From Gammaproteobacteria bacterium (GTDB taxonomy: Bacteria; Pseudomonadota; Gammaproteobacteria; Magnimaribacterales; TMED112), in assembly GCA_038147295.1 (NCBI GenBank), contig JAYQTH010000001.1, positions 1,010 to 65,009 on the forward strand: a DNA stretch of 64,000 nt, written 5' to 3'. The stretch's first letter is position 1; the number at the start of each line of letters is the position of its first letter. The translations under genes were made by a program, and so were the position numbers. Under the pieces are notes generated by a model. It did no database searches, had not been told where the DNA came from, and saw only the letters and a program-made list of their open reading frames with translations. Shown here piece after piece: positions 9,468 to 18,339 of this stretch.

Positions 9468-9892
9468 AGTGTTAAAAACTTTTCGATAAGAAGGTAAAGA
9501 GCAACAAATGAGGTAGAGGCCAAGATTGCCACACTAAAAGCATGTATGAATTTAAAAAAGTTACTAGTGCTATCAATCTTAGTATTATCGATGATAAGTC
9601 CTAAAAACATATTTAAGACATTAAGTCCAAGAATAATCAGGATGGTAAGATTTTTAGCATCGCTCCAGATAAGCTCATACTCAGGCAACATAAAGAAATA
9701 AACCACGCCCAAATACAAAGCCAGCATTAAGATCAGAAAAATGTTAAATCTGAAAAAATAAGATTTTAGAAAGAACTTCAGAGCCTCTTTATCCAAGCTG
9801 TTTCTGGCAGCAGGACTTACCACTAAGGGTGTTGCCCATATAGCTCCAACAATTGCAGCTAAAAGTGTTTGCAGTGTTATCTCAGCAATCAT
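9464..9892 (-). CDS. Four-TM membrane protein, DUF4149-like (true start ATG 9892; ORF-track extension runs through the tRNA)
   Basis: Hydrophobic helices, VVSPAA..L..E...FL..YF and C-terminal FKFIHAFS pattern. Confidence 0.6.
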   Translation of the reverse strand: MIAEITLQTLLAAIVGAIWATPLVVSPAARNSLDKEALKFFLKSYFFRFNIFLILMLALYLGVVYFFMLPEYELIWSDAKNLTILIILGLNVLNMFLGLIIDNTKIDSTSNFFKFIHAFSVAILASTSFVALYLLIEKFLTL

Positions 9893-9900
9893 AATCTCAA

Positions 9901-9978
9901 TGGCGATCCGGAAGGGACTCGAACCCTCGACCTCCTGCGTGACAGGCAGGCATTCTAACCAAACTGAACTACCGGACC
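9901..9978 (-). tRNA. tRNA-Asp(GUC)
   Basis: GGTCCGGTAGTTCAGTTTGGTTAGAATGCCTGCCTGTCACGCAGGAGGTCGAGGGTTCGAGTCCCTTCCGGATCGCCA; anticodon GTC. Confidence 0.96.
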
Positions 9979-10040
9979 GCGAGTTGTAGATTCTGGTACA
10001 AAATAACAATATTTACAACTTTTTTATGCTGTAAAGAAAG

Positions 10041-10068
10041 TTGAATTTCTCATTTTGGTCTGTACAAT
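10041..10068 (+). promoter_or_regulatory. Putative sigma70 promoter of proteorhodopsin
   Basis: TTGAAT-N16-TACAAT, followed by a GGGGG SD-like run before ATG 10113. Confidence 0.45.
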
Positions 10069-10112
10069 TATTGCCGTAAAGTAAATTTACTTAATATAAG
10101 GGGGAAAATCTA

Positions 10113-10823
10113 ATGGATTATTCTTTAGTTTCAAACGGTGTTGTCGACTATGTCGGTGTATCGTTTTGGATTGCAACTGCCATAATGGCTACTGGTGCTT
10201 TATTCTTTTTCATGGAAAGAAGCACAGTTAAAGCTTCTTGGCAGACATCTTTAACCGTTGCAGCTCTTGTATGTTTTGTCGCTTTCTGGCATTACCTATA
10301 CATGAGAGATGTTTGGGTAGCAACAGGTGAATCACCTACAGTCTATAGATATATTGACTGGTTGGTTACTGTTCCTATGCAGATTGTAGAGTTTTACTTA
10401 ATCCTTTCAGCTGTAGTAGCAGTAAGTCTTGGAGTTTTCTGGAACTTATTAGCAGCTGCATTAGTTATGCTGATTACAGGATTTTTAGGTGAAGCAGGTT
10501 TCGCAGATCCAACATTAATGTTTGTTGTATCAATGGCTGCTTGGATATATATCATCTATTATGTCTTTGCAGGTGAAGCTGCAAAAATTAAAGACGCAGC
10601 TGGAAACGAAGCACTAAGCTTTGCTTTTAACGGAATTAAATGGATCGTAACAATTGGTTGGTCAATCTACCCAATCGGTTACTTCCTAGGTTACTTAGGT
10701 GGTGGTGTTGATGCTAACGCACTTAACACAATCTATAACCTTGCTGACTTAGTTAACAAATTCTTATTCGGACTTGTTATCTGGTATGCAGCTATGATGG
10801 ATTCCGGAGTTAAAAAAGGCTAA
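10113..10823 (+). CDS. Proteorhodopsin (DTE proton pump, blue-type Gln105)
   Basis: FWHY (H75 equivalent), RYIDWLVTVPMQIVE (D97/T101/Q105/E108 equivalents), DLVNK retinal-binding Lys; seven TM. Confidence 0.97.
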   Translation: MDYSLVSNGVVDYVGVSFWIATAIMATGALFFFMERSTVKASWQTSLTVAALVCFVAFWHYLYMRDVWVATGESPTVYRYIDWLVTVPMQIVEFYLILSAVVAVSLGVFWNLLAAALVMLITGFLGEAGFADPTLMFVVSMAAWIYIIYYVFAGEAAKIKDAAGNEALSFAFNGIKWIVTIGWSIYPIGYFLGYLGGGVDANALNTIYNLADLVNKFLFGLVIWYAAMMDSGVKKG

Positions 10824-10844
10824 GCTTTTTTTATACTGAACTTT

Positions 10845-10870
10845 AAGCCCGCGCAAGCGGGCTTTTTTTT
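10845..10870 (+). terminator. Rho-independent terminator after proteorhodopsin
   Basis: AAGCCCGC-GCAA-GCGGGCTT hairpin followed by a T run. Confidence 0.9.
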
Positions 10871-11288
10871 ACATACTTCTTCTGGCTTCGTGAATAAAAA
10901 TAGTATGCATAAGAGTTGTTGCTAGCTTACCTTCGGCGTTGTATATCTCACCTTTTACTGTAGCTATAGTTTTCCCAATTTTTATTATCTCTGCCTTAGC
11001 GGTAACTTTGCCCTTAAACAACGGTCTGTGATGATGAGAATGTAGATTGACGGAAGCAGGATAAATTCCACCAAGCTCATTTATTAAGAGCAAGGCTGTA
11101 ACATCATCAAGCATAGAAGTCATCATGCCACCTTGCACTGACCCATCAGGATTCAATGTCATATCGGGAAATTCAGCAGATAGTTCTAACTTACCTTTTT
11201 CATATTTAATTAATGAAAAATTAAAAATTTTTCCTGTGCCACTATTTTTTTTATGAAATTCTAGTATTGAAGATATGTCTACTTCCAT
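10869..11288 (-). CDS. PaaI-family hotdog thioesterase
   Basis: NPDGSVQGGMMTSMLDD motif; 139 aa. Confidence 0.88.
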   Translation of the reverse strand: MEVDISSILEFHKKNSGTGKIFNFSLIKYEKGKLELSAEFPDMTLNPDGSVQGGMMTSMLDDVTALLLINELGGIYPASVNLHSHHHRPLFKGKVTAKAEIIKIGKTIATVKGEIYNAEGKLATTLMHTIFIHEARRSM

Positions 11289-11293
11289 AATAA

Positions 11294-11370
11294 TGGTGCG
11301 AGTTGTAGGATTCGAACCTACGACCCCCTGCTTGTAAGGCAGGTGCTCTAACCAACTGAGCTAAACTCGC
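11294..11370 (-). tRNA. tRNA-Val(UAC)
   Basis: GCGAGTTTAGCTCAGTTGGTTAGAGCACCTGCCTTACAAGCAGGGGGTCGTAGGTTCGAATCCTACAACTCGCACCA; anticodon TAC. Confidence 0.96.
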
Positions 11371-11398
11371 AGTGGACAATAGAATATAATAAATTTTT

Positions 11399-12754
11399 AT
11401 GGAAGACTACTCTGGCACTACCAATTCTGACGAAAGAGAAATTCTGAGTGTTACTGAACTAAATAAAACCGTTAATGATTTCATTAATGAAGCATTCCCT
11501 CCTTTATGGGTGGTTGGGGAAATATCAAACTTTAAAGAATATGGTTCATCTGGTCATTGGTACTTTTCTGTAAAAGATACAGAATCTGTTTTAAATTGTT
11601 CGATGTTTCGATTGCAAAATATCAACCTTGGCTTCAAACCAAATGAGGGCGACCAAGTTATCATGCAGGGCAAGTTATCTGTTTGGCATAAAACAGGGCG
11701 CTACCAAATGATAGTTAATAAAATGGAGCTTGCTGGCTACGGTGAGCTATTGAGAAAGTTTGAGCTACTAAAAAATAAATTTAATAGTGAGGGGCTCTTT
11801 AACACAAAGACAGAAAATCTATTGCCTGCATTAATTAATAAGGTTGCAATAGTGACCTCCCCTCACGGAGCAGCTGTAAAAGATGTAATTGCAACACTGC
11901 GACGTAAAGCCCCACATATTCAATCAACGATATTTCCAGCGGTAGTTCAAGGGGAAGGCTCAGCCAATTCTATTAAACAATCTTTAGAATTGATTGAGCA
12001 ATATCAAGATCAAGAAAACTTCGACGCCATAATTGTTTGTCGGGGTGGTGGGTCAATTGAGGATTTATGGAGTTTTAATAATGAAGATCTTTGTCGGTAT
12101 GTCAGTGGAATAAAAATCCCAATTGTTAGTGGCGTTGGACATGAAACAGATTTCACTTTAATGGACTTTGTTTCAAATATAAGGGCGGCAACACCTACTG
12201 CAGCTGCAGAGATTGTAAGCAATGGAGCCTCCCAATTATTAAATTATTTTGAAGGGGCTTCAACGAATTTAATTAAGACATTTAAATTAAGGCTCTCAAA
12301 CTACAAGGAAAAGGTTTTGCTTAATCAAAAACTCTTAAGATCGCCGCAACAAAAAATACACGACCAATATCAAAGACTTGATCAAAAGTCAGAACAGATG
12401 TCATTTGCCATGAGAAAATTGCTGCAGCTAAAAAAAGATAAATCTCATTTTTATGCAACTGCTATAAATTCAAACAATCCTAGTAAAAGAGTTGCCCAAT
12501 TAAGGATAGATATTGCCAAAGGTGTAAAAGAGCTATTAAGAGTGTTAAAAAATAAGCTCAATGCCAAGCAAGGCTTAATTGCTTCCTTTAAAGACCAATT
12601 AAATAATTTAAATCCTGAGAATGTATTGGAAAGAGGTTACTCAATCACTTATAACGAAAAAGGCAATATTATTAGAGATTCTAAAGCAGTAAAGAAAGGT
12701 GATGAAATTTCTACCAAACTTAAAACAGGCTTAATTAAGTCAAAGATCAATTAG
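11399..12754 (+). CDS. xseA: Exodeoxyribonuclease VII large subunit
   Basis: GEISNF, SGHWYF, RGGGSIEDLW, SGVGHETD, TPTAAAE, LERGYS. Confidence 0.96.
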   Translation: MEDYSGTTNSDEREILSVTELNKTVNDFINEAFPPLWVVGEISNFKEYGSSGHWYFSVKDTESVLNCSMFRLQNINLGFKPNEGDQVIMQGKLSVWHKTGRYQMIVNKMELAGYGELLRKFELLKNKFNSEGLFNTKTENLLPALINKVAIVTSPHGAAVKDVIATLRRKAPHIQSTIFPAVVQGEGSANSIKQSLELIEQYQDQENFDAIIVCRGGGSIEDLWSFNNEDLCRYVSGIKIPIVSGVGHETDFTLMDFVSNIRAATPTAAAEIVSNGASQLLNYFEGASTNLIKTFKLRLSNYKEKVLLNQKLLRSPQQKIHDQYQRLDQKSEQMSFAMRKLLQLKKDKSHFYATAINSNNPSKRVAQLRIDIAKGVKELLRVLKNKLNAKQGLIASFKDQLNNLNPENVLERGYSITYNEKGNIIRDSKAVKKGDEISTKLKTGLIKSKIN

Positions 12755-13181
12755 TTGCAACAAGTTCTCTAAGCTTTTCTGGGGTTAGTGGGTAAGTTAT
12801 GGCGTCAAGTATTTCTCCATTTTTAATGATGTAGGTTGTTGGTACACTGTCTGGAAGATCTAAACTCCATAAATTCCTTGGATCAGTAGATAAATTCTTA
12901 AAATCAACGTTAAATTTATTCATCAACCTATTCACTTCCTCATTAGGTAAGGTGTCAAATTGATCAAAGTGAAACCCAATTACGGTTACATTTGGCTCTT
13001 CGTTGATTTCATTGAAATATGGAAACTCTATGATGCAGGGTGGACACCAATCAGCCCAGATATTCAAAAAAATTATTTGATCTTCATAATCTGCAAATTT
13101 TGCCCCTTTCCCATCGGTAAATAAAAATTCAGGCCTTTCGCAAGAAAAAAGAAATAAAGCCAATATGAGATATTTTTTCAT
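12747..13181 (-). CDS. TlpA-family thioredoxin-like lipoprotein
   Basis: LFSC lipobox-like sequence, NIWADWCPPC, VPTTY. Confidence 0.85.
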   Translation of the reverse strand: MKKYLILALFLFSCERPEFLFTDGKGAKFADYEDQIIFLNIWADWCPPCIIEFPYFNEINEEPNVTVIGFHFDQFDTLPNEEVNRLMNKFNVDFKNLSTDPRNLWSLDLPDSVPTTYIIKNGEILDAITYPLTPEKLRELVATN

Positions 13182-13291
13182 AGAGTTTTTACTTTATATG
13201 TATTGTTTATGGCTTTACAATTGATTTTTTGCATCTGAATGAAACTTTTTTTTTAATTTGCAGTATTACCAATAACAATTAACGAGGAATT

Positions 13292-15139
13292 ATGAACAAT
13301 CAATTTTTTACAAAACTAGGCAGCTTCCTGGGTACCGTTTGGTCTTATATAACAGTAGGTAGAGATTTTTTCTGGAAAGCGATTAGATTTACATTCGCAA
13401 CGGGTATTTTCTTATTTGTGGCAATAGGCATTCTTAATAGCCTCATCAGCCCATTATGGACAGGCTCAGATAAACCAGATTCAGAAGGCAAAGTTGTGGT
13501 CTTTAAGCCTTCAGGCGTCGTTGTTGACCAAGAACCTGGCAAAGTTGAAGCCGAATGGTGGGAGCAGGCATTAGAGGAATCTCTGGGTGGAGCTGAAAGT
13601 ACAAGAGTGTATCAGTACCGGGATATGATTAAATTTTTTGAAGATTTTAAAAATGATGAAAACGTTGATGCAATGATATTTGACCCTTCAGGCCTAGGCA
13701 TTCAAATACCTTACGTTTTGGCTATTGCAGAAAAAATAAAAGAAGCAGTTGATGCGGGGAAAGAGATTGTTGTCAGAAGTGACTACTTGGGTGACATCAG
13801 TTACATACTTGCTTCTGCAGGATCTGAAATAAGTTCTCAAACGTATTCAGCTATTATGATAGATGGTTTTGGCGGCCCAAGAGAATACTATAAAAACTTT
13901 TTAAATAAATTTTTAATTACTCCTCGAATTTTCGCAGCGGGAGACTTTAAAACAGGTCCAGAACAATTTACTAGAGATTCAATGAGTGAAGAAGCAAAAG
14001 TAAATCTTGAGTTTTACACGCCGCTCTGGGGTAAATTTAAAAGCTTTGTGCAGGAACAAAGAGATATTGATCTGCAATGGATTGCCGATGATGCCTGGGA
14101 ACAGCTCGTTAACGGGGAGGTAGATGAGTGGACTGCTGCTCTTGACTGGGGTCTCGTTGATGTCATTGAAGAAGATGATGATTTTGATGCAAGAATGATT
14201 GAAAAGTTTGGAGCTCTTGAAGATGACGAAGAAGAGCTTAATGCTATCTATTTTAGAGATTATCTTGAAACACTACCAAAAGACAAACCAGTAAAATCCG
14301 ATAATGTCATCAAAGTGGTTGCAATAGAAGGAGCCATAATGGGTGGCGATGTTATGCTAGGGACAGCAGGCTCTGATGGGATTGTAGAGATGCTAAAAGA
14401 TGCCCATGAAAATGAAGATACAAAAGCCATTGTTTTAAGAGTTAATTCACCTGGAGGCTCAGTTGTAGCTTCGGACTACATTCGTTGGGAAATTGAAAAA
14501 GCGCAAGAAAAAGGTATTCCTGTAGTTGTATCAATGGGATCGCTAGCCGCTTCAGGTGGATACTGGGTTTCGTCATTAGCGGATAAAATCTACGCCGAAA
14601 ATGATACCATCACAGGCTCGATTGGGGTCTATGGAACCTTGTTTTCTGTTGAAAAAATTTACGATTGGTTGGGAATCGGCATTGATGGTTACTCTACAAC
14701 CAAATGGGGTGCTTTTGATATGATGAGACAAGACTGGCCAGTAGAAATTGAAGACCTAGTAAGGTCTGGAATAAATTCCGTATACGTCAAATTTACAACT
14801 CAAACATCAATCGACCGTGATATTCCACTTGAGGTTGTGAAAGAGATTGCTAAGGGTAGAGTCTACTCTGGAGAAAGAGCACTTGAAATTGGCCTAGTGG
14901 ATGAAATTGGAAATCTAGAAGATGCCCTAGCATATGCTGCCACTCTTGCAGAGGTTGAAGAATTTAAGGTTGATTATGTTAAGCCCCCTGCCCCATCTGC
15001 TAGTGGCTTTGCTTTTGCTATCTCAAATACAATAGAAATAGTTAAATCTTTCTTAGGCTTAAGTCCAAAACAATCCTTGCAGAAAAATTACCTAGATAAT
15101 ATCCACATTTATTGTTACGGGTGTGTATATTCAGATTAA
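13292..15139 (+). CDS. sppA: Signal peptide peptidase SppA (long 67K type)
   Basis: GDFKTG (Lys), LRVNSPGG, SMGSLAASGGYW (Ser), TITGSIGV; C-terminal CxxC. Confidence 0.93.
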   Translation: MNNQFFTKLGSFLGTVWSYITVGRDFFWKAIRFTFATGIFLFVAIGILNSLISPLWTGSDKPDSEGKVVVFKPSGVVVDQEPGKVEAEWWEQALEESLGGAESTRVYQYRDMIKFFEDFKNDENVDAMIFDPSGLGIQIPYVLAIAEKIKEAVDAGKEIVVRSDYLGDISYILASAGSEISSQTYSAIMIDGFGGPREYYKNFLNKFLITPRIFAAGDFKTGPEQFTRDSMSEEAKVNLEFYTPLWGKFKSFVQEQRDIDLQWIADDAWEQLVNGEVDEWTAALDWGLVDVIEEDDDFDARMIEKFGALEDDEEELNAIYFRDYLETLPKDKPVKSDNVIKVVAIEGAIMGGDVMLGTAGSDGIVEMLKDAHENEDTKAIVLRVNSPGGSVVASDYIRWEIEKAQEKGIPVVVSMGSLAASGGYWVSSLADKIYAENDTITGSIGVYGTLFSVEKIYDWLGIGIDGYSTTKWGAFDMMRQDWPVEIEDLVRSGINSVYVKFTTQTSIDRDIPLEVVKEIAKGRVYSGERALEIGLVDEIGNLEDALAYAATLAEVEEFKVDYVKPPAPSASGFAFAISNTIEIVKSFLGLSPKQSLQKNYLDNIHIYCYGCVYSD

Positions 15140-15843
15140 TTTTTAGATTGTTTTAGAAAATCAGCAACCGTCTTTTTAGACGGTTGTTTTTTTTCAGCAT
15201 ACATAAATTTATCTAACGCTATCAAAGTATCTTTCATTGTAGAAAAATCTCTTCTTATCCTGGTTGCTAGAAATTTGTAGATATCATCATTGAAATTTAA
15301 ATTTAATTTTGTGCCTATAAACTCTAAAGCACGGTTAACATCTTGGTCTGATATTGGGTGGAGTGTAAAGAATTTAATCTGCTGCAATCTGGATTTTAAA
15401 TCAGCAAACACCTCAAGCTCAGATAAATGTGTATTCGTTGATACGATAAGTTTGGTATTTGAATCTTTTGTCTCGTTTATTAAATTAAATATTTCAACTT
15501 GATTAGATCTGTCGCTTTGATCAATGTTATCAATGCATATTAATGTTTTGGACGAAATCCTATCAAATATATTTTGATTGGTGCCAATTTTAGCACAATC
15601 GACATATATCGAGGATCTTGTAGCAGCTGCATCCTCATTTAAGATTGAATTAAGTAAAAATGTTTTGCCAGATTTAGGACTTCCAAATAACAAGATATCT
15701 TGCTTATCTTCAGAGGAAAGCAAATTTAAAATTTCTGACTGAATGATCTTATTTTCTTGAGTGAAAAAAAAGTTTTCAAACTTAGCATCAAAATCTCTTC
15801 CAAAATCAAAAAAGAATTGATTTTTTGATGTCACATCATTCAT
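15136..15843 (-). CDS. hda: DnaA regulatory inactivator Hda
   Basis: N-terminal QFFFDF clamp-binding-like motif, FENFF, GSPKSGKT, IDNID, DLKSRL; synteny with purMN. Confidence 0.8.
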   Translation of the reverse strand: MNDVTSKNQFFFDFGRDFDAKFENFFFTQENKIIQSEILNLLSSEDKQDILLFGSPKSGKTFLLNSILNEDAAATRSSIYVDCAKIGTNQNIFDRISSKTLICIDNIDQSDRSNQVEIFNLINETKDSNTKLIVSTNTHLSELEVFADLKSRLQQIKFFTLHPISDQDVNRALEFIGTKLNLNFNDDIYKFLATRIRRDFSTMKDTLIALDKFMYAEKKQPSKKTVADFLKQSKN

Positions 15844-16775
15844 TTTGTTGCTACCAAACCTTTCTGATTTAAAACTTCATTAATCTCCTCTTCATCCAGA
15901 TAGCTATCATATTTAATTTCAATGTAGTTATCCTGCAAACTAGACACATAAAAAGACAGTATTTCTGTACTCGTCAAAAACGTTTCTAATAATTCAGTTA
16001 GGTCCTCTTTTGATACGTCAAAGCTAAACTTGACACTATAACTATTTCTATTGAGTGAGACATTCTTTTCAAGCGTATAAAAAAGGTTTCTTGAAAGAAT
16101 ATTTTGAAAGCTCATAGAGTCAGAAATTAATATTTCATTTGATTTTGGGAATTTAAAAGACCACTTACTTAGATCAAATCGATCAATCATCAACAGATTC
16201 CAGTTAGGAATATTCATATTTTCTAGATCTGCAATTAATTTTTTTTCTTCTGCTTCATCTCGTGGGTAACTATCTATTAGTTCAAAATTGACTCTGACAT
16301 TTTGATTAAGTCCGGCCAAGAGTTTCGTAACTTCAAGTTCTTTTTGAAACTCTCCACTCTCGTATACAAGAGTATTATTCATCGGAAGAAAAGCATCGTT
16401 AATTGCGATGTAGATTTTCACATCAGATGTATTTGCTAAAAATGGAATTGAATTTTCTAAAAAATATTCCTCGATTTTCTCCTTATTAAACTTAAGCTCT
16501 ATAAGCCTAACATCATCAAAAACTCTCACTTGATAGCCGATGAAAAACCGTTGGGCATCCAAGTCCGTAGAGCCAGCTATTGAATCAAGATTTACACCAT
16601 ATTTAGTAAAAATCTTTTCATCGACATTTTGAATTAAGTTTTCAATGTTTTTTATGTTTTCATAATCTTCATAAATTAATAAGAAATTATTTGACGATTG
16701 CCCAAAGCAATTAAAACTCAGCACTGATATTGCAAGTGCAATTCTTAAAAACCTTGTTAAACTCATATCATCCAT
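15840..16775 (-). CDS. Exported hypothetical protein, possibly divergent DUF2066
   Basis: Signal peptide; position between hda and purM where DUF2066 usually lies. Confidence 0.5.
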   Translation of the reverse strand: MDDMSLTRFLRIALAISVLSFNCFGQSSNNFLLIYEDYENIKNIENLIQNVDEKIFTKYGVNLDSIAGSTDLDAQRFFIGYQVRVFDDVRLIELKFNKEKIEEYFLENSIPFLANTSDVKIYIAINDAFLPMNNTLVYESGEFQKELEVTKLLAGLNQNVRVNFELIDSYPRDEAEEKKLIADLENMNIPNWNLLMIDRFDLSKWSFKFPKSNEILISDSMSFQNILSRNLFYTLEKNVSLNRNSYSVKFSFDVSKEDLTELLETFLTSTEILSFYVSSLQDNYIEIKYDSYLDEEEINEVLNQKGLVATK

Positions 16776-16795
16776 AAAGAAAGATTAACTATTTT

Positions 16796-17788
16796 ATGAC
16801 AAAAAAGGGACATAACTATAAAGATTCTGGTGTAAATATTGAAGAGGGTCAGAGCTTTGTAAGAGATATTCAAAACTCAACATCCAGAACCAAACACAGA
16901 TACTCAATGGGCAGTATTGGAGGATTTTCTGGATATATCCAACCGCCAACTGCTTTTAAAAATCCTGTCTATGCCCTTGCATGTGACGGAGTGGGAACAA
17001 AGTTAAACCTCGCTGTCAAAATGGGAGACTTTTCATCTATTGGAATAGATCTTGTAGCAATGTGTGTAAATGATCTAATTGTCAGTGGAGCAAGGCCTTT
17101 GGCTTTCTTGGATTACTATGGAGTATCGAAGCTTGAACGATCAAAAGGAAAAGAGATTATTACAGGGATACTTGAGGGCTGTAGGCTTGCAGAATGCGAC
17201 TTGGTTGGTGGTGAAACTGCAGAAATGCCAAACCACTATGCTCCCAATTGTTTTGATTTAGTTGGCTTCGCAATGGGTATCAATGAAAAAGAAAAAATTG
17301 TGGATGGCAAACAAATTGAACCGGGTGATAAGATTGTCGGAATTCCATCCAGCGGATTTCACTCCAATGGTTACTCTTTAATTCATAATGTTTTAGAGAC
17401 TACTGAACCTTCACAGGAATTAATATCGGAATTGTTAACCCCAACAAGAATTTATGTCAGAGAGATTTTGGACTTATTATCCAAATACAATATTAAAGGC
17501 ATGGCACATATTACCGGTGGTGGTCTGGATGAAAACCTAAGCAGAGTCCCAACTCGAAATAGTTTAGAAATTGATAGCAAGAGCTGGGAATTACCGCCAA
17601 TCTTTCAAAAAATACAATCGCTTGGCAATATCTCAGATACTGAAATGTTTAATGTATTTAATTGCGGCATTGGTTTTTGCTTAATTCTTAATAGTGAAGA
17701 GACCGATACTCTGCTAGCCCAAGAAAATGACTACATTGAAATTGGGGCCATTACAGATCCCTCTGAGAAAAAGTTTATATTGAAGTGA
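16796..17788 (+). CDS. purM: Phosphoribosylformylglycinamidine cyclo-ligase
   Basis: DGVGTK, GIDLVAMCVND, GGETAEMP, SSGFHSNGYSL, AHITGGG. Confidence 0.97.
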   Translation: MTKKGHNYKDSGVNIEEGQSFVRDIQNSTSRTKHRYSMGSIGGFSGYIQPPTAFKNPVYALACDGVGTKLNLAVKMGDFSSIGIDLVAMCVNDLIVSGARPLAFLDYYGVSKLERSKGKEIITGILEGCRLAECDLVGGETAEMPNHYAPNCFDLVGFAMGINEKEKIVDGKQIEPGDKIVGIPSSGFHSNGYSLIHNVLETTEPSQELISELLTPTRIYVREILDLLSKYNIKGMAHITGGGLDENLSRVPTRNSLEIDSKSWELPPIFQKIQSLGNISDTEMFNVFNCGIGFCLILNSEETDTLLAQENDYIEIGAITDPSEKKFILK

Positions 17789-18339
17789 AAATAATTGTCT
17801 TTTTTTCTGGTACAGGATCCAATCTTGAATCAATCATTCATCAACAAAAAACGTATGGCTATAAAGTAACGGGATCGTTTTGCAATAACCCTGATGCGGC
17901 AGGTATAAAAATATCTGAAGACCATAATATTGCGTGCTATGTTCTCAATAGCAAAAATTTCGATGATAGAAATGAATATGATAAAAAAATAAGCGATTAC
18001 TTAGAAGCTCAAGATTTTGATTACATAATTTTGGCGGGGTATATGAGAATTTTATCTAAATTTTTCGTGCAGAATTGGGAAGGCCAAATAATTAACATAC
18101 ATCCATCTTTATTGCCAAAATATCCTGGTCTTGATACACATAAAAGAGCATTAGAGAATAAAGATAAATATCACGGTACAACAATCCACTACGTTACGGA
18201 GGAGTTAGATGCAGGCCCAATAATTCGACAAGAACGCATTGAAATTGAACCCAATGAATCAATTGAAAGTCTAATAGAAAGGGTAAAGTCGCTGGAAAAT
18301 AAAATTTATCCAGAAACGATTGGCACACTAATAACATGA
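17785..18339 (+). CDS. purN: Phosphoribosylglycinamide formyltransferase
   Basis: SGTGSN, LAGYMRIL, NIHPSLLP, DAGPII. Confidence 0.97.
   Translation: MKIIVFFSGTGSNLESIIHQQKTYGYKVTGSFCNNPDAAGIKISEDHNIACYVLNSKNFDDRNEYDKKISDYLEAQDFDYIILAGYMRILSKFFVQNWEGQIINIHPSLLPKYPGLDTHKRALENKDKYHGTTIHYVTEELDAGPIIRQERIEIEPNESIESLIERVKSLENKIYPETIGTLIT

Noticed and set aside
9985-10000. TGT-N10-ACA (NifA-like) palindrome upstream of tRNA-Asp
   Set aside because: Too short to be significant in AT-rich DNA, and there is no sigma54 or nif context
9893-10009. N-terminal extension of the 9464..10009 ORF
   Set aside because: Overlaps tRNA-Asp; ATG 9892 is the more plausible start
13240-13268. TGAAAC-N16-AGTATT ECF-sigma-like promoter before sppA
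   Set aside because: The -10 match is poor and the consensus comes from Bacillus; not supportable here
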